Shown here in pieces: positions 50,552 to 64,000 of a stretch of 64,000 nt of DNA; position 1 is the stretch's first letter; each line of letters opens with the position of its first letter. A program made the position numbers and the translations under genes. Under the pieces are notes generated by a model. That model was given only the letters and a program-made list of their open reading frames with translations, made no database searches and was not told where the DNA came from. This DNA is from Calcarisporiella thermophila CBS 279.70 (lineage: Eukaryota; Fungi; Calcarisporiellomycota): assembly GCF_041956535.1 (NCBI RefSeq), contig NW_027192192.1, forward strand, positions 245,051-309,050, given 5' to 3'.

Positions 50552-52215
50552 ATGCCTCGCCGCACGAACGGCGCCGCTACACTCTCTTCTGCCTCCTACC
50601 CGGATGATCCTCTTGCCACTTTTACCACCGATCGAAAAGGAAAGTTCACCACCCGAATATATTCGCCCTCTGACATAAAATCGGTTGGATCGCATTCCAA
50701 ATCAAGAGTAGCCTATTTCCATGAAGAAGAAGTGGGAAATTATCATTATGGGGTGAGCATTCTGAGCTATCCACTTTCTGATCTTCTTTTTCGCTCACCG
50801 ATCGGCTCTCCATTTAGGAAAAGCATCCTATGAAACCTCATCGTCTCACTCTCACCAATCACCTAGTGATGAGCTATGGACTGCACAAACGAATGGAAAT
50901 CTATCAACCTCGGAAAGCGACGGAGGATGAAATCCTTGAATTCCATGCGGTAACCAATGTTTAGTCGGTTTTTTTCCTTCTCGGCGTATCAATAACATTG
51001 GATATAGGAAGACTACGTGGACTTTCTCAAGCGTGTCACCCCCGAAAATGCCCCCTCGTTCACAAAGCTATTTTCTCGCTTCAACATCGGAGATGATTGC
51101 CCTATATTCGATGGGATGTACGAATTTTGCCAGATATATGCTGGTTCGTCCATTGAAGCTGCCCGCAGGCTTGCTCACGGAGGAGCCGATATTTGTATGA
51201 ACTGGTCCGGAGGGCTGCATCATGCTAAGCGGGTTGAAGCCTCAGGATTTTGTTATGTAAACGATATCGTTCTTGCCATTTTTGCATTGCTGCGGTAGGC
51301 ATCTTAATTGCTTGGAAGTTTCCATTTGGGGTCGGAATAACTCACTCTCTGGATTTTTTATTATGGATATTCAGGCTGCACCCGCGTGTGCTCTATGTGG
51401 ACATTGACATCCACCATGGCGATGGAGTGCAGGAGGCATTTTACGGGACGGATCGAGTCATGACTGTCTCCTTCCACAAGTACAATGGTGACTTCTTTCC
51501 GGGCACGGGGAGTATCGACGAGATTGGGAGTGGGCTTGGCAAGCATTACTCCCTCAACGTCCCGCTCAAGGACGGAATCGACGACGAATCCTACCTCGTG
51601 CTATTCAAGTCGGTGATGGAGGCGGTCATTGATGCTTTCCGACCCAGCGCCATTGTGCTACAGTGTGGAGCCGACTCCCTTGGATGCGACCGGTTGGGGT
51701 GCTTTAATCTGAGCATCAGGGCGCACGGAGAGTGCGTGCGCTTCATGAAGAACTTTGGATTGCCACTGCTTGTGCTTGGAGGGGGGGGCTATACCGTCCG
51801 GAATGTGGCTCGATGCTGGACATACGAAACCGCCATCCTTGTGGATGCTGAGATTTCCGACGAGCTGCCCCCCACCGTTTACCGCGAGCACTTTGCCCCC
51901 GATTACCGACTGCATCCGGACATCTCTGGCCGGGTGGAAAACCAGAACACACGCGCCTACCTGCATCAGCTACGGGTGAAGATCCTGGAGCAATTGCGGT
52001 ATCTACAAGGGGCTCCCAGCGTGCAGATGCAGGAGATCCCCCCCGATATCCAGGGCTTTCTGGATGATACCGATGGCGCCCGGGGGGATTCGCTCGCCGA
52101 CTCGATGTCTGGGAAGGACTCGCGGGAAAATGAGCGAGTGAACGTGGTCAGCGAGTTTTATGCGGGGGATGAGGACCAGGACGGCGATTTAGAAGGGATG
52201 GATATCGACGTTTAG
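50552..52215 (+). CDS. HOS2: Class I histone deacetylase, Hos2-like
   Basis: HPMKPHRL; GDDCPIFDG; [10 protein letters not shown]; [12 protein letters not shown]; [13 protein letters not shown]; GGGGYT. Confidence 0.9.
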
Positions 52216-52874
52216 CTTTTATACTACTATTAATTCTCTCTCCACTGTATTTACTATTTTCCGGATGTTAGGGTTATATTTGCTTTCTTTCTTTTTCTCG
52301 TTCCTTTTGCCTTCTTTTTTCTTCTATAATATATTTCGTTGTAATACCTTGTTATTTCTTGATCTCATCTATCTCTTTGTCCTCCCCTTTCATTCTATTC
52401 TCTCCAACTCAAAGTAGAATGTAAATAAAATTGAGTGATGTTCTCCAAGTAGGGATCTCCGCCCAATGCATCCGTGCTAAAATTCCGTTATGTCATGGTA
52501 GCACAAAAAGACTAAAAACGCGACAATGGATAGTTGGAATTTAACGGAGATTGGAATGTAATAATCTAGTTCGATATATACTCGAAAATTTAAGATGAGT
52601 ATGCAAAGAAGAGTCAAACCTTTTTTTTTTTACTAGTTACTATTACCCTCTTTAATACTCTCTTTTTTTTTTTTTAGTCGACACTCCTTTAATACTATAT
52701 TCCATTTCTCGTGTATTATTTAAACGCATTTCTTTCTTAACTTCTTGTTTTCTCAAACATAATATTGCAAGTTTCTTTGGCATAAAAATTCTTCGTATAT
52801 TTTCTCTCTACCACTTGTACTACCCCCCATTCATACCATCCTAATTCACCATTGTTGCATTCCACACCCATCTC

Positions 52875-54337
52875 ATGATAAGTCACTCGCTACTCCTGAT
52901 TTTCTCCGTTACCTTTGCGTCTCTCTCCTTCGTGTCCTATGGGGTGACTGCCCAGCCCCCCTACTACACACATAGGCAGTACACTGGCCCCCCCACTGGA
53001 GACGGGTGGATACGAGTCTACGGCCAATCGACTCCTCCTCCTCCAGCGCACGCGCACAAGCACAGGCATGGGTTGTCCAAGGGCGCGGCGAGTTCTAGGG
53101 CCAGGAAAGGCAGGACATCAAGGCTAGCCAAGGGACGAGTCCTAATGGCTTCCGACGACTCCCCCTCGGACCACAAGTACTATCACGGGATGAAGTATCG
53201 GGGACTGAGCTATGATGATGACGATTATAGTAGCCCCTTTGAGAGAGAGGTCAACATGGACGATATGACCGACGACATCTTCTCTTTCATCAGGGATGAC
53301 CAAGACGACTATGAAAGAGAGTGGGAGAGAGAGGAAAGAGCCCGGCAGAAGCGGCTGGAGCTAAAGAAGTTGAGAAAGAAGCAAAAGAAGTCGTCGGACA
53401 CCCCCGAGCAGCTCGCCCACCTTCAGCCGGTTCGGACACCGGCTATGACGAATGTAACGACAACCAACACGACCCTTGCGCAGCCCCTCTACCCGGTAGT
53501 ACTTCCCATCCAAGTGCAGCTCCCGACTGGAGTAGAGGCAAAATTGCAGTCATCGGTGTTGCCGGCACAGACATCCCAAGTCCAACCGCAAAGCCTAAAC
53601 ACGACCCTCCCTGCCCCACCTCTACAGCCAACACTAGTGAGTAAGATGCCGGAGCCAACGCAGGACACAGCAAAATTGCCACTGTCCCAAATGCCGCCGA
53701 TGCCGGCGGTTCAAACGCCCTCTCTTCAATCAAATTCTTCCACCTATCCCCAGAAAACCACACTTCCAGTGTCTGTAATTCAAGTCGAAACCTCCACAAC
53801 ACCCCATCCCATTACCTCGGCCATCCCTCCCCCACCCATTAATAGCGCTCAGGCCAAACCTGCTGTACCCGTCAATCCTGTTGTATCCGCGAAACCAGCT
53901 GAACCCGCCAAACCAGCTCTACCCGCCAAACCTGCAAAGATCGACAAGCCCATTAAACCCGATAAACCCCCAAAGCCCGCCAAACCTGTCCCTGCTAAGA
54001 ACCTCAAACATGTAGCCTCAAAGCCGAAAGTGAATCATACCAAGGTGAACAAACCTCATAAGCCTAAACAGAGCAAGCAAGTAAAGCCAAATAAACAAAA
54101 TAAGGCCACCAAACAAGTGAAAGCCAAGCACCATCCAAAGGAGCAGCAGCAGCCAAAGGAAGAGGAGGAGCCGGTTGAAAAAGCTGAGCCGGAACCGGAA
54201 CCCGAGTAAGTATTGAGTCTCCATATTTTAAATCCATTGGCTATATAGCCCACTCTTTCTTGTACTTTTCATTTTTTAGACCTGAAGAGGAATCTTCATC
54301 TGATTCGGAGCCGCCACCGAACTTCAATCATTATTAG
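52875..54337 (+). CDS. Secreted low-complexity Pro/Thr/Lys-rich protein, 2 exons
   Basis: Signal peptide MISHSLLLIFSVTFASLSFVSYGVTA; PAKP/KP repeats; EP repeats; intron GTAAGT...TTTAG near 54206-54278. Confidence 0.75.
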
Positions 54338-54635
54338 GCGTATATCAGACGGCTGCTTTGGTCCGAAAACTTTCTTATCTTTTTATCTTCATCCTTTTCC
54401 TGCTTGTGAAATATGCCAGAGTTTTTCTTGGTGTAAAATAGGAATGGATCATTCCTCTATAGACGAAGTCATGCAACATGACGAGAGTAAAATTTTGTAA
54501 ATGTTAGAAAATAGCCATGTTAAGCTCCATAGCCCCAAAAAAAAAAAAATAGAAACAGAGGACAAAGAAGAAGAGGAGCGGGGGGTGAGGGTGAAGTAAA
54601 ATGACACATCTATTCCTAAAAGATGGGCTTAGCTT

Positions 54636-56202
54636 TCACTTTAGCCCAAACATTTTCTTGATTTCCACCGTGCTAGTGGATTTCGGGCGCTCTATGGGGA
54701 ATCCAAGCGCGCGATCAATGATCAACTGTGAGAGCACTCCAAGAGAGCGGCTCACCCCGAAGAGCACAGTGTAGAAGTTCTGTTCGACAAGGCCATAGTG
54801 CTGGAGCAATACGCCGGAGTGAGCGTCAACGTTGGGCCAAGGGTTTTTCACCTTTCCAGTATCTGTCAAGATCGGAGGAACCAGATCGTACAGCTGCTTC
54901 ACAATCTTAAATAAGGGATCATCTGGGAGATGATTGAGCGCGAATTCACGTTGTGCAGTATAGCGTGGATCTGTCTTGCGCAAAACGGCATGACCGTATC
55001 CGGGGACCACCTGCCCTGATGCGAGAGTTTGTCTAACATATTTGCGCACTTGCTCATCCGTAGGCTGTAAACCAATTTCCTCGGTCATTTTATGGATCCA
55101 ACGTAGGTGTTCTTGGTTTGCCAGCCCATGGAGAGGGCCTGCAAGGCTGTTCATTGCAGCTGCAAAAGAAAGATACGGGTCAGACAGGGCACTTGAGACG
55201 ACGCGTGTCGTGTGAGCGCTGGCATTGCCACCCTCGTGGTCAGCGTGTAGAGAAAGGTACAAGCGCATTAGCTCCACAAACCCTTCGTCCTCATAGCCAA
55301 GTAAGCGGGAGAAGTTCTTTGAATAATCTGCATTGGGTTGGATAGCCAGCAGTTTCCCGTCTTTGAAGACATTACGGTATATTCTGGCCGCCACTAAGGG
55401 GAGTTTTGCGATTAGATCCATTGAATCTTCATAAGCGTACTCCCAGTATTTCGACTTTGGGATGCCCTCCTGGTAAGCCTTCGCAAAGGCACTGTCATGC
55501 TGCAGTGCTGTTACAGCAAGAGATAGCTGCGACATCGGGTGCAGAGTATTGGGGCAACGATCTAGAAGCTCTTCCACAAACTGGGGGAGGGAGGCTCTCG
55601 CAGCCAAATCCAAGGAAACGGAATCGACTTGCGGTTTTGTTGGAATTTCGCCTGTCAAGAGCAACCATAAGAGACCTTCTGGCAACATTTCCTTTCCGCC
55701 ATCCGCAGATGGAAGTTTTTTCTGGCATTCCGAAACCGTATATCCACGAAACCGAATGCCTTCCTCGGGATCCAATACTGAACATTCCCAAATCATACCC
55801 TTTACAATGCACAGACAGACAGTTAATGCTTCATTTTTTTAAAAAGTGGCAACCATCTACACCTCACTTCAATATTTACCTTGATACCCCGCATTCCTCC
55901 ATAGGCCATTTCGACGGTAACATCTCCGAGTTTCTTGGAGCCAAGCTCGCTTTTAATAATCTTCAATTCTTCTTGTTTCTGCGGGATGATCTCTGCAAGA
56001 CGTTCCTTAAGACCTTGACGTTGTGTAGAGTAGAAGCGTGGTAGTGTAGCTACTGGTGCGATTAGACGACCAACCGCGGTCTATGAAACACCAATAGTGA
56101 TTCATTGAGAAATAAAAATTGAAAATTGAAAAGAGAATTCTAATAAGAGGAGAAACGAACCTTGGTAGGGGTTTTTAGCCATAGGCTGTAGCGAAGTGCC
56201 AT
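54636..56202 (-). CDS. CIT1: Citrate synthase, mitochondrial type, multi-exon
   Basis: GIRFRG; DHEGGN; GPLHGLANQ; [15 protein letters not shown]; WPNVDAHSG; PIERPKS. N-terminal targeting-like exon [14 protein letters not shown]. Confidence 0.93.
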
Positions 56203-57951
56203 TACGTCCAGCGAAGCAAAAGTGGTTATTAAGAGAGTCCGTTAAGCGAGGTCAGGATTTTTTCGACACTCGATTCTTACTCCATTTCATATATATACTA
56301 AAATGGAATATATCTTGAATCGCGTGACGTATTGCAAATGGTCCGATTAATGGGGTTACATTCTCCCGAAAGTGACTCATCTCACATGAATATTAACTAT
56401 GGCTACGTGCACTACGAGTCACTTCATCCATGGCTCTTTAAGTCTCATATGAGATTCCATGATCCGTGAAAAAGACACCAGGTACTTCAGCTTCAATCCT
56501 CCTCTAAAGTCCGATGCTCAAAGGGAGCATTATTGACTCCAAGGTGGAAAGATAAAACCGAGCAAAAGTGGAGAAGTTGCTGAGCATAACATTTGAGTAT
56601 ACTGAATTCCAATGTTCTTATTATTCTGAGGGGGGCTCTAAAAAACGCGCAGTAAATGCGGATTGAATTGTAATCGGTTAGGGAGTTCAAAGCTTTTCAA
56701 GAGATCTAAAAGAGATTACTAAGTTCGGCCAGACGCTGGATTGGAGTCAGGACCATATACTTTCCTGATATACGGTCTCCAATCGTAAGCGTTAGACTCT
56801 TAAAAAGTGTCAACGATGCACACTCGGGTGTATTGGTGACATGGGGATATTCTCACATGCATGGCCAAATAGGTCAGGGATGAAGCAATGGTCGCCGAAC
56901 TTGCAAACTTTAATGTTGATACATATGAAGATACACTATGGCTTTCGACCACATGCCCTTCTCTGTTTCATTGTTTGAAATGACCAGTTACTCAACTTGA
57001 TTCCGTGCTTTAAGAAGTACTCTCATTGAACAATAAGCTTTGCTGAGCCGCGGCATGATCTATATAAATAGATAACTTTTTGTATTATTCACGAACGGAG
57101 AATAGAGCTCAGGAATCATATATGCAAGCCCCGGTCGCTGAGCCCGAGGCTGCCAAGTTGGACAAGAGCTGGCAGGATAAGGCTAATTCTACCTCTGCTT
57201 ATTTTAGCCAGTTTCCTTGCAGCTTCGATATATGATTGACAACCCCCATAGGAATCAATGCACCTTGCCTGTTTTCGCCCTCCACGCAGCTTTCCCGCCA
57301 TATATATATGCTGGGCTCAAACATTTGCTGTATCCGGATACCCATCTCCATCTTCGATTCAGCACGAGGCTACTGGCGAATTAATTAATGATTTGATTTC
57401 TATTTCCAAACAGAGAAGCCTGCTTCATTTTAATATCCCAGTTCCTGGTTTTTTATGAAACCCAGTTCCCCTTAGAACAATCCATGGTTGCGTCACAAAG
57501 AGCCTAATATATTGCCCCACCGCCCTCTGCCTTCTGCCAGACGCTTCGCTCTTGGTGAGGCGACGAAGAAGAGCGCAGAGGCTAGCCGCTGTGTCGCTAA
57601 GCAGCGACGGATTGGCCGCGAATCGATATTTTGGCGGTCACGGGAAAAGCTCTCCTGCGTTATTAAAATAGCATTGCATTTTTAGCCATCCATAATTTTA
57701 GAAAATTTTTTCAATGCGAGTGAGTTTCACACCTTTTTCCCATATGTCCTAATAGAGTTCCACGACGCGTGCGATCCCGTTCTTTAATATGTTTATCAAA
57801 TATTCCTTGCTTTCCTCAATTTCCCTTTATTTTAATAGCTTTGTTTTACCGCATCCCTAATCCTCTACTTTCTTAATCGCCCATCATCGCATGCTATCCA
57901 ATTCTTCCTACTAGCTTGACAATTTAGACTTACCCTATACATATCGACGCT

Positions 57952-60900
57952 ATGGGTGGAGACGATTCCGCCGCAGCTGACCTAGTTCAACTCCATAACT
58001 TTAGTTCCTCATCCGGCGCGCCTACAGATGATCAAGTTTGCTCTCTTCTGCAGTCTCGCCTCCGTCGCGATATACCCTACACGCGTGTTGGCGCCAACAC
58101 GCTTGTTGTCGTCAACCCTTACAAGCCTTTGGAGCTGATGAACAATGCATATGCCCAGCAGTATGCGGAGGTGTTTTATCGGAATTTCAATGAGAATGAT
58201 GGTGAGAAAGAGCTGCCGCCCCATATATACGAGCTCGCAACCAGGACATACTACTATATGCGGAGAACTGGGAACGACCAAGGTGTAATCTTTAGGTGAG
58301 TACTCGCTCCATCCATTGACCGGCGATGGTGGAATGATTAATGCTTTCCATTTCAATGATAGCGGGATTACCGGCTCAGGGAAAACCATGTCCTTTCGTC
58401 ATTTTGTAAAACAATTACTTGTCCTCGCCTCGCGCCTCAACTCTAAGGAGCCGAAATCGCATATCCGCCTCGCCAATGCTCAAACCGTGCTCGAATGCTT
58501 TGGCAACTCCCGAACCGCCCTCAATCGAACCGCGTCACGGTTTGGTCTGTACCAGGAGATCCAGTTCAACGACAGAGGACGGGTTATGGGTGCAAAACTG
58601 CTTACTTATTTCCTTGACAAGTCTCGTGTGACGAATGTTCCAAAAGAGGAAGGCAACTTTCATGTATTCTACGCGCTGATGGCTGGGGCGACCGCCGGAG
58701 AGCGCCTACAATGGCATCTGCCACAGGAGGCCAACCAATTTACCTACCTAGCGCACAGCGCCACTCATCGCCCTTCAAAACAGCAGTTGGCTGAGGATGC
58801 CTTGCTCTTCGATGACATCCGTGCTGCGCTTCGGGCTTGCGGCCTAAAGTCGAAATCAATCGCCCAAATTTTCCAGCTCCTCAGTGCAGTATTGCACCTG
58901 GGCAATCTCACGTTCTATGACGACTCTAGGTCGCAGCAGGCAAGCCAGGACGCATGTCGGGTGAGAAATAGAGACGTGCTGGATTTGGTCAGCAATTTGC
59001 TTGGGGTGTCGGCGTCAAAGCTCGAAACCGCCCTGACCCTGAAGCTGCAGTTTATCCACAAAGAAATGTGCACCGCATTCCTTAATGCTCAGGCGGCCAC
59101 CGAACAGCGTGACGTCTTGGCGCAGACCATCTACTCGTTGCTCTTTTCGTGGATTGTCGAGTCGATGAATGCCAAGCTCTGCAGCTCGGCCGAGCCCTCC
59201 AGCATTGTTGCTTTGCTGGATCAATTCGGCATCCAACAGAACGGCTCGAAAATAGGCTCATTTGAAGCATTTTGCGCTAACATGGCATACGAACGGGTGC
59301 AGTATTACCTGCAGCAGCTCGAATTCCGCGACACGACGGGGGCGGGCAGAGATGGTGTTAGCTTACCCCGCGTTACAGTGCAGGACAACACGCCCCTCAT
59401 GGACCTGCTCCACCTCGGGGTTGGCGGCGGTCTCTCCGGTGTCCTAGACCGCGAAACGGCACGTATGGTTGCGGGCCATTCCGAGGCCACCGACGCGAAC
59501 CTTCTCGTGACTTACCAAAAGCAGTTCGGCTCCCACTCTGATTTCACCGCTAAATCCCACAGCTACACCTTCGCAATCAATCACTCTACCGGCCAACCTG
59601 CCACATCCTATACCGTCGATGGTTTCCTCAATCGCAATCTGGATTCAATTCCCCCGGATTTCGTCAACTTGTTCCGCGGTAGCACGAATTCCCTGGTAGT
59701 CGGCCTCTTCTCAGGAAAGGTGCTGACCACACAGGCTCATCCCAAGGACGAGCGTACCATAGTCAAGGCCCAACTCTCGTGCATGCCAGTGCGTGCTCCA
59801 CTACGGCGGTCAGAGGCCACCCCTCCGGTCGGGAACTTGGACGGCAGTAAGCGCAAGACCGAGACCGTGATGCAGCAGCTCCACTCCACCCTAGATGATC
59901 TCTTCGGGGCCCTCAATCAGATGAACCTCTGGCGCATCTATCATATCCGCCCAAATGACGCACAACTTCCGGATCAATTCGATATGAAGCGAGTAAAAAT
60001 GCAAGTAAAGGCCTTGTTCCTACCGGAGCTAGCTGTCCGCAATAGAACGCAGTTCCTAGTCGGCTATACCTATGGGGAATTCTGGGAACGGTATGACGAG
60101 GTGTTGAATGTGCCCCGGAGAGGCGACGAGCGTGCAAGGCTCGGCGTGCTCGCGCGGTCGCTCGGATGGGGGGAGACCGAGTATTCGTTTGGAAGGGAGC
60201 GAGTGTGGCTGTCAGATAGAGCATGGAAGCAGATAGAGGATAAGGTACGAGCTTCGGAGAAGGGAGATCGTCCCCCAAACAAACCCGGGGAAAGGGTCGG
60301 AAAAGGGGGCGAGGCCCTAGCTGCGGAAGGAGAATTCTATCAGGGAGGATACGTGGAGGAGGGATCGTACGTTGCCAGTGAAGACGAATTCTCACCCATG
60401 CACTATCGCGATGAATACGATGATGGAAGCATGTATGGGGAGAGTGAGTGGGGTGGACAGAGCTTTATGGTCGACCGTGAGAAAAATGAGGCCGATGCAG
60501 CTGGGGGCGGCGAGCAGCACGTAGAGGAAGTGCCGATTACGCCTGCACGCCGCTGGTGGGTTCGTTTCGTGTGGTTCATGACTTGGTGGATCCCGTCCAT
60601 CTTCTTGCGTTGGTTTGGGCGCATGCGCCGCGAAGATGTACAGATGGCGTGGCGCGAAAAAGTGACGCTTTGCATGTTGATAGCGCTCTTTTCATTTGTG
60701 ATCATTTTCTACATCATTCCCTTCAACGAGCTTATCTGTCCAAATACGAAGACCATGTTTAGCCAGCGTGAGGTAAGCGTTCACGCGGCCGAAGACGACT
60801 TCTTCGTAAGTATACGCGGCACGGTGTACGACATCACCAGATTTGCGCATCTGGACCATGGAACGCTGACCCATCCCGCGTCGATTGGCCAAATGAAGGA

Positions 60901-63878
60901 TCTGGCGGGCCAGGACGTCTCCGAGCTGTTCCCTGTCCCCTTGATCGAGGCCTGCCCCGGGATCGTGACCGAGGCGAATGCACAACTCGGCACAAACAAA
61001 ACCTTCGACGCCGGCTTTGTTCATCTCTCCGGCCAGTTTCAGAACGACCCCAGCCTAGGTCGCCTGCGCGATCCCAACTGGTACCTGGGTGAGTTCCTGC
61101 CCAAGATGTCCGTGTTCAAGCGCGGAGGGGTCGTGTGGTTATGGTCGAAGATCAACAACGAGACTCTTACGAACCAACGCATCTGGGGAGTGATCAATGA
61201 CGTCGTCTATGATCTTTCGCAATACTTTTCGGACGCGCAAAAAGGCGACTTTCAGCCACAGGTGCCTGGAGTCGCCAGCAAACATTGGCTCGATCCGCAA
61301 ATCGAGGAGATGTTCCGCACGTTCCCCGGCACGGACCTGACAGATCTGTGGAACAACCGAGTGAAGCTGCCGAGCGATATGAAGAAGGCCTATATTCAGT
61401 GCTTCGATAAAGTGTTCCGTGCGGGCACCGTCGACCACCGCCAGGATTTCCGTTGCCAGTTTAACGTGTACTTGCTACTGGTCATCTCATTACTACTCGT
61501 TTCGGTCATTCTCGTCAAGTTTTTGGCAGCGTTGCAATTTGGTGGCAAACCGCGTCCAGGAAACCATGACAAATTCGTCATTTGCCAAGGTAAGTTATCA
61601 CACGCTGTTGAACTGGCCTACTTGCTGGAGGAGAGGTGGGGGGGGGGGGAGGGAGGGAGGAAAGGCAGCCCTAGAGATGTGAGCTTAGTCTAACCCCGTC
61701 TCTTCTTAGTTCCATGTTACACGGAGGGAGAAGAATCCTTGCGCAAGACAATCGATTCGCTGACGATGCTTGAATACGATGATAAGCGTAAGCTGCTCTT
61801 TATCATTGCGGATGGGATGATTGTCGGATCAGGGAACGAGCGCCCGACCCCACGAATCGTGCTCGACATATTGGGGGTGGATGCCAAAATTGATCCCGAG
61901 CCACTCATGTTCCGCTCCATTGGTGAGGGTTCACGACAGCTCAACTATGGAAAGGTGTATTCTGGACTCTACGAGTGTGAAGGGCACGTTGTTCCGTATA
62001 TCGTGGTGGTGAAGGTCGGAAAGCCTAGCGAGCGCTCTCGTCCGGGCAACCGAGGAAAGCGTGACTCGCAAGTCATCTTGATGAGGTTCCTAAACAAGGT
62101 GCATTTTGACGCGGAAATGACGCCTCTTGAACTCGAGATTTACCACCAAATGAAGAATGTCATTGGGGTCAATCCGAGCTTTTATGAGTTTATCTTCATG
62201 GTTGATGCCGACACAGAGGTACTCCCAGACTCGCTGAGTAGGCTCATCTCCTGCATGAGCCACGATGCTCGCACCATCGGCATTTGCGGCGAAACCCAGC
62301 TTGCAAATGAGAACAACTCGTGGATTACCATGATCCAGGTTTGTATGCAGACGCCTTCTTTGGCTGCTGACCCAAACCCAAATCTAACGCACCGCTCCTC
62401 TTTCCCCTTGGATGCTCTTAGGTGTACGAGTACTTCATCTCGCATCACATGGCTAAGGCTTTCGAATCCCTCTTCGGTTCTGTGACGTGTCTTCCCGGAT
62501 GCTTCTGTATGTATCGCGTGCGCACCTCTGTAAAAAACATACCGCTTATCATCTCTAGCAAGGTAAAGAACACTACCCCTTCACTTCTCACCCATGGTTG
62601 TGGGTGGCTCATCTCTACCATTGCTTGCCACAGGTTATCAACGACTACTCTGACAACCACGTGGACACCCTGCACAAGAAGAACTTGCTCTCTCTCGGAG
62701 AAGATCGATATCTCACCACCCTTATGATGAAGTATTTCCCCCAATATAAGATGACGTTCACCCCGCACGCCAAATGTAAGACGACCGCTCCGGACCGGTG
62801 GAACATTCTGCTGTCTCAGCGCCGGCGCTGGATCAACTCGACCATCCACAATCTTTTCGAGCTGATTTTCCTCCCGGAGATGTGCGGCTTCTGCTGCTTC
62901 TCGATGCGATTCGTGGTGTTCGTGGACCTCCTTAGCACGTTCATCCTGCCGGTGACCGTGATCTACCTTGGGTACCTCCTTTATATCCTGATCACCGCCC
63001 GCGACACCCTTCCCAAGGTCGCGTTTATCATGCTGGCGGCCGTGTACGGGCTGCAAGCGGTGATCTTCATCCTGCGAAGGCAGTGGCAGCATGTGGGGTG
63101 GATGGTCATCTACCTGATTGCCCTCCCGATCTTTGCCTTCTTTATCCCTCTCTATGCATTTTGGCACTTTGATGATTTCTCGTGGGGGAACACGCGTGTC
63201 GTGGTGGGGGAGGGGAAGAAGCAGATTATTGTGGAGGATGACGAGCAATTCGACGAGAAGATGATCCCCATGAAGAAGTGGAGCACCTACGAGCAAGAGC
63301 TGTGGGAGGGCGGGTCCATGAGTGGAAGGAGCGGATCGGAGACGGTGAGCGGCGGGTCGTTCCGCGGGATCGCCAGATCGTTTGTGGAGTCCCCTGGCAG
63401 CGTGATTGGGGGGGTTGGACCAGAGCCCGATATGGATTACTACAGGGACACCCACTTGACCCGCGGGAGCGGCTTCAGCTGGAACGAGCGGGATGAGGTC
63501 GACTACGATGGAGGCAGGCGGGTATCCCGGGGCATCTCCCAGGATTATGGGGGGAGCGGGGCCGGGTGGGAAACGGCGACCAACCCCGGACGTCGCAAGC
63601 ATGGGAGCAGCGCCTCAATCCACACCACCTCCCGGGGCGCGCGCCCCACCTCTGGCTCCAGCTACCTTCAGCAGCCTCAGCAGCCAAGGCGCCGGGACCG
63701 TGACGAAGACGAGGAAATCATTGCAGAGGTGCGCAAGATCCTTGCGGATGCGGACCTCATGAGCACGACAAAGAAACAAGTGCGCGAGAGTGTTGGGGCG
63801 AGGTTGGGCTTGGATTTGAGTGGACGAAAGGAGTACATCAACTCGATAATAGATGCAGTGCTGCAAGGAAGAATCTAA
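57952..63878 (+). CDS. Chitin synthase with myosin motor-like domain (class V-like): MMD, cytochrome b5-like, GT2 core, DEK_C
   Basis: P-loop GITGSGKT; AWREKVTL; VDADT; TCLPGCF; LGEDRYL; QRRRW; WHFDDFSWG; C-terminal [15 protein letters not shown]. Confidence 0.97.
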
Positions 63879-64000
63879 AGAACTCGACATACGCTATATG
63901 CTGGGCAATCCTGACATGAAAATGGAAGACAGCCGGTGTCCCACGCGGCCGATACTTTTCTTTACTATCTGTTTTTTTACTCTTCATTTATTCAATCACA

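Noticed and set aside
52267-52276. GTTAGGGTTA, a telomerase-template-like 1.5 repeat
   Set aside because: Single 10-mer in the HOS2 3' region with no pseudoknot or CR4/5-like context; expected by chance.
62445-63602. 385-aa minus-strand ORF opposite the chitin synthase (also 48351-49211 opposite ETF-alpha)
   Set aside because: Antisense shadow ORFs caused by codon bias.

Overview
Gene-dense eukaryotic DNA with short (mostly 60-200 nt) GT-AG introns. Gene content points to a fungus, most likely an early-diverging one (Mucoromycota-like); this is inference. Recognisable genes: a DH-PH RhoGEF, RPS21, POL2, PPT1, LCB1, a gamma-glutamyltransferase, a universal stress protein, a variant GATA+PHD protein, a minimal velvet-like protein, three paralogous HSL-family alpha/beta hydrolases, ETF-alpha, proteasome beta4 (PRE1), HOS2, citrate synthase and a myosin-motor chitin synthase. 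There are also several hypothetical or secreted proteins and a truncated Ty3/gypsy element. The most interesting region is about 38.9-47.1 kb. Aligning the two tandem hydrolase copies against each other exposes two insertions in their upstream regions. (i) A 1.63-kb TA-flanked element with ~29-bp terminal inverted repeats has no recognisable transposase. It carries an intronless precursor with a signal-like segment, two Cys-rich modules and Kex2-type KR sites, and its C-terminal module resembles the KP6 killer toxin. This is a candidate transposon-mobilised toxin cassette. (ii) A 236-bp insertion has a 9-bp target duplication and a perfect 65-bp palindrome. Exon boundaries were read by eye, and family assignments come from recalled motifs, not database searches.
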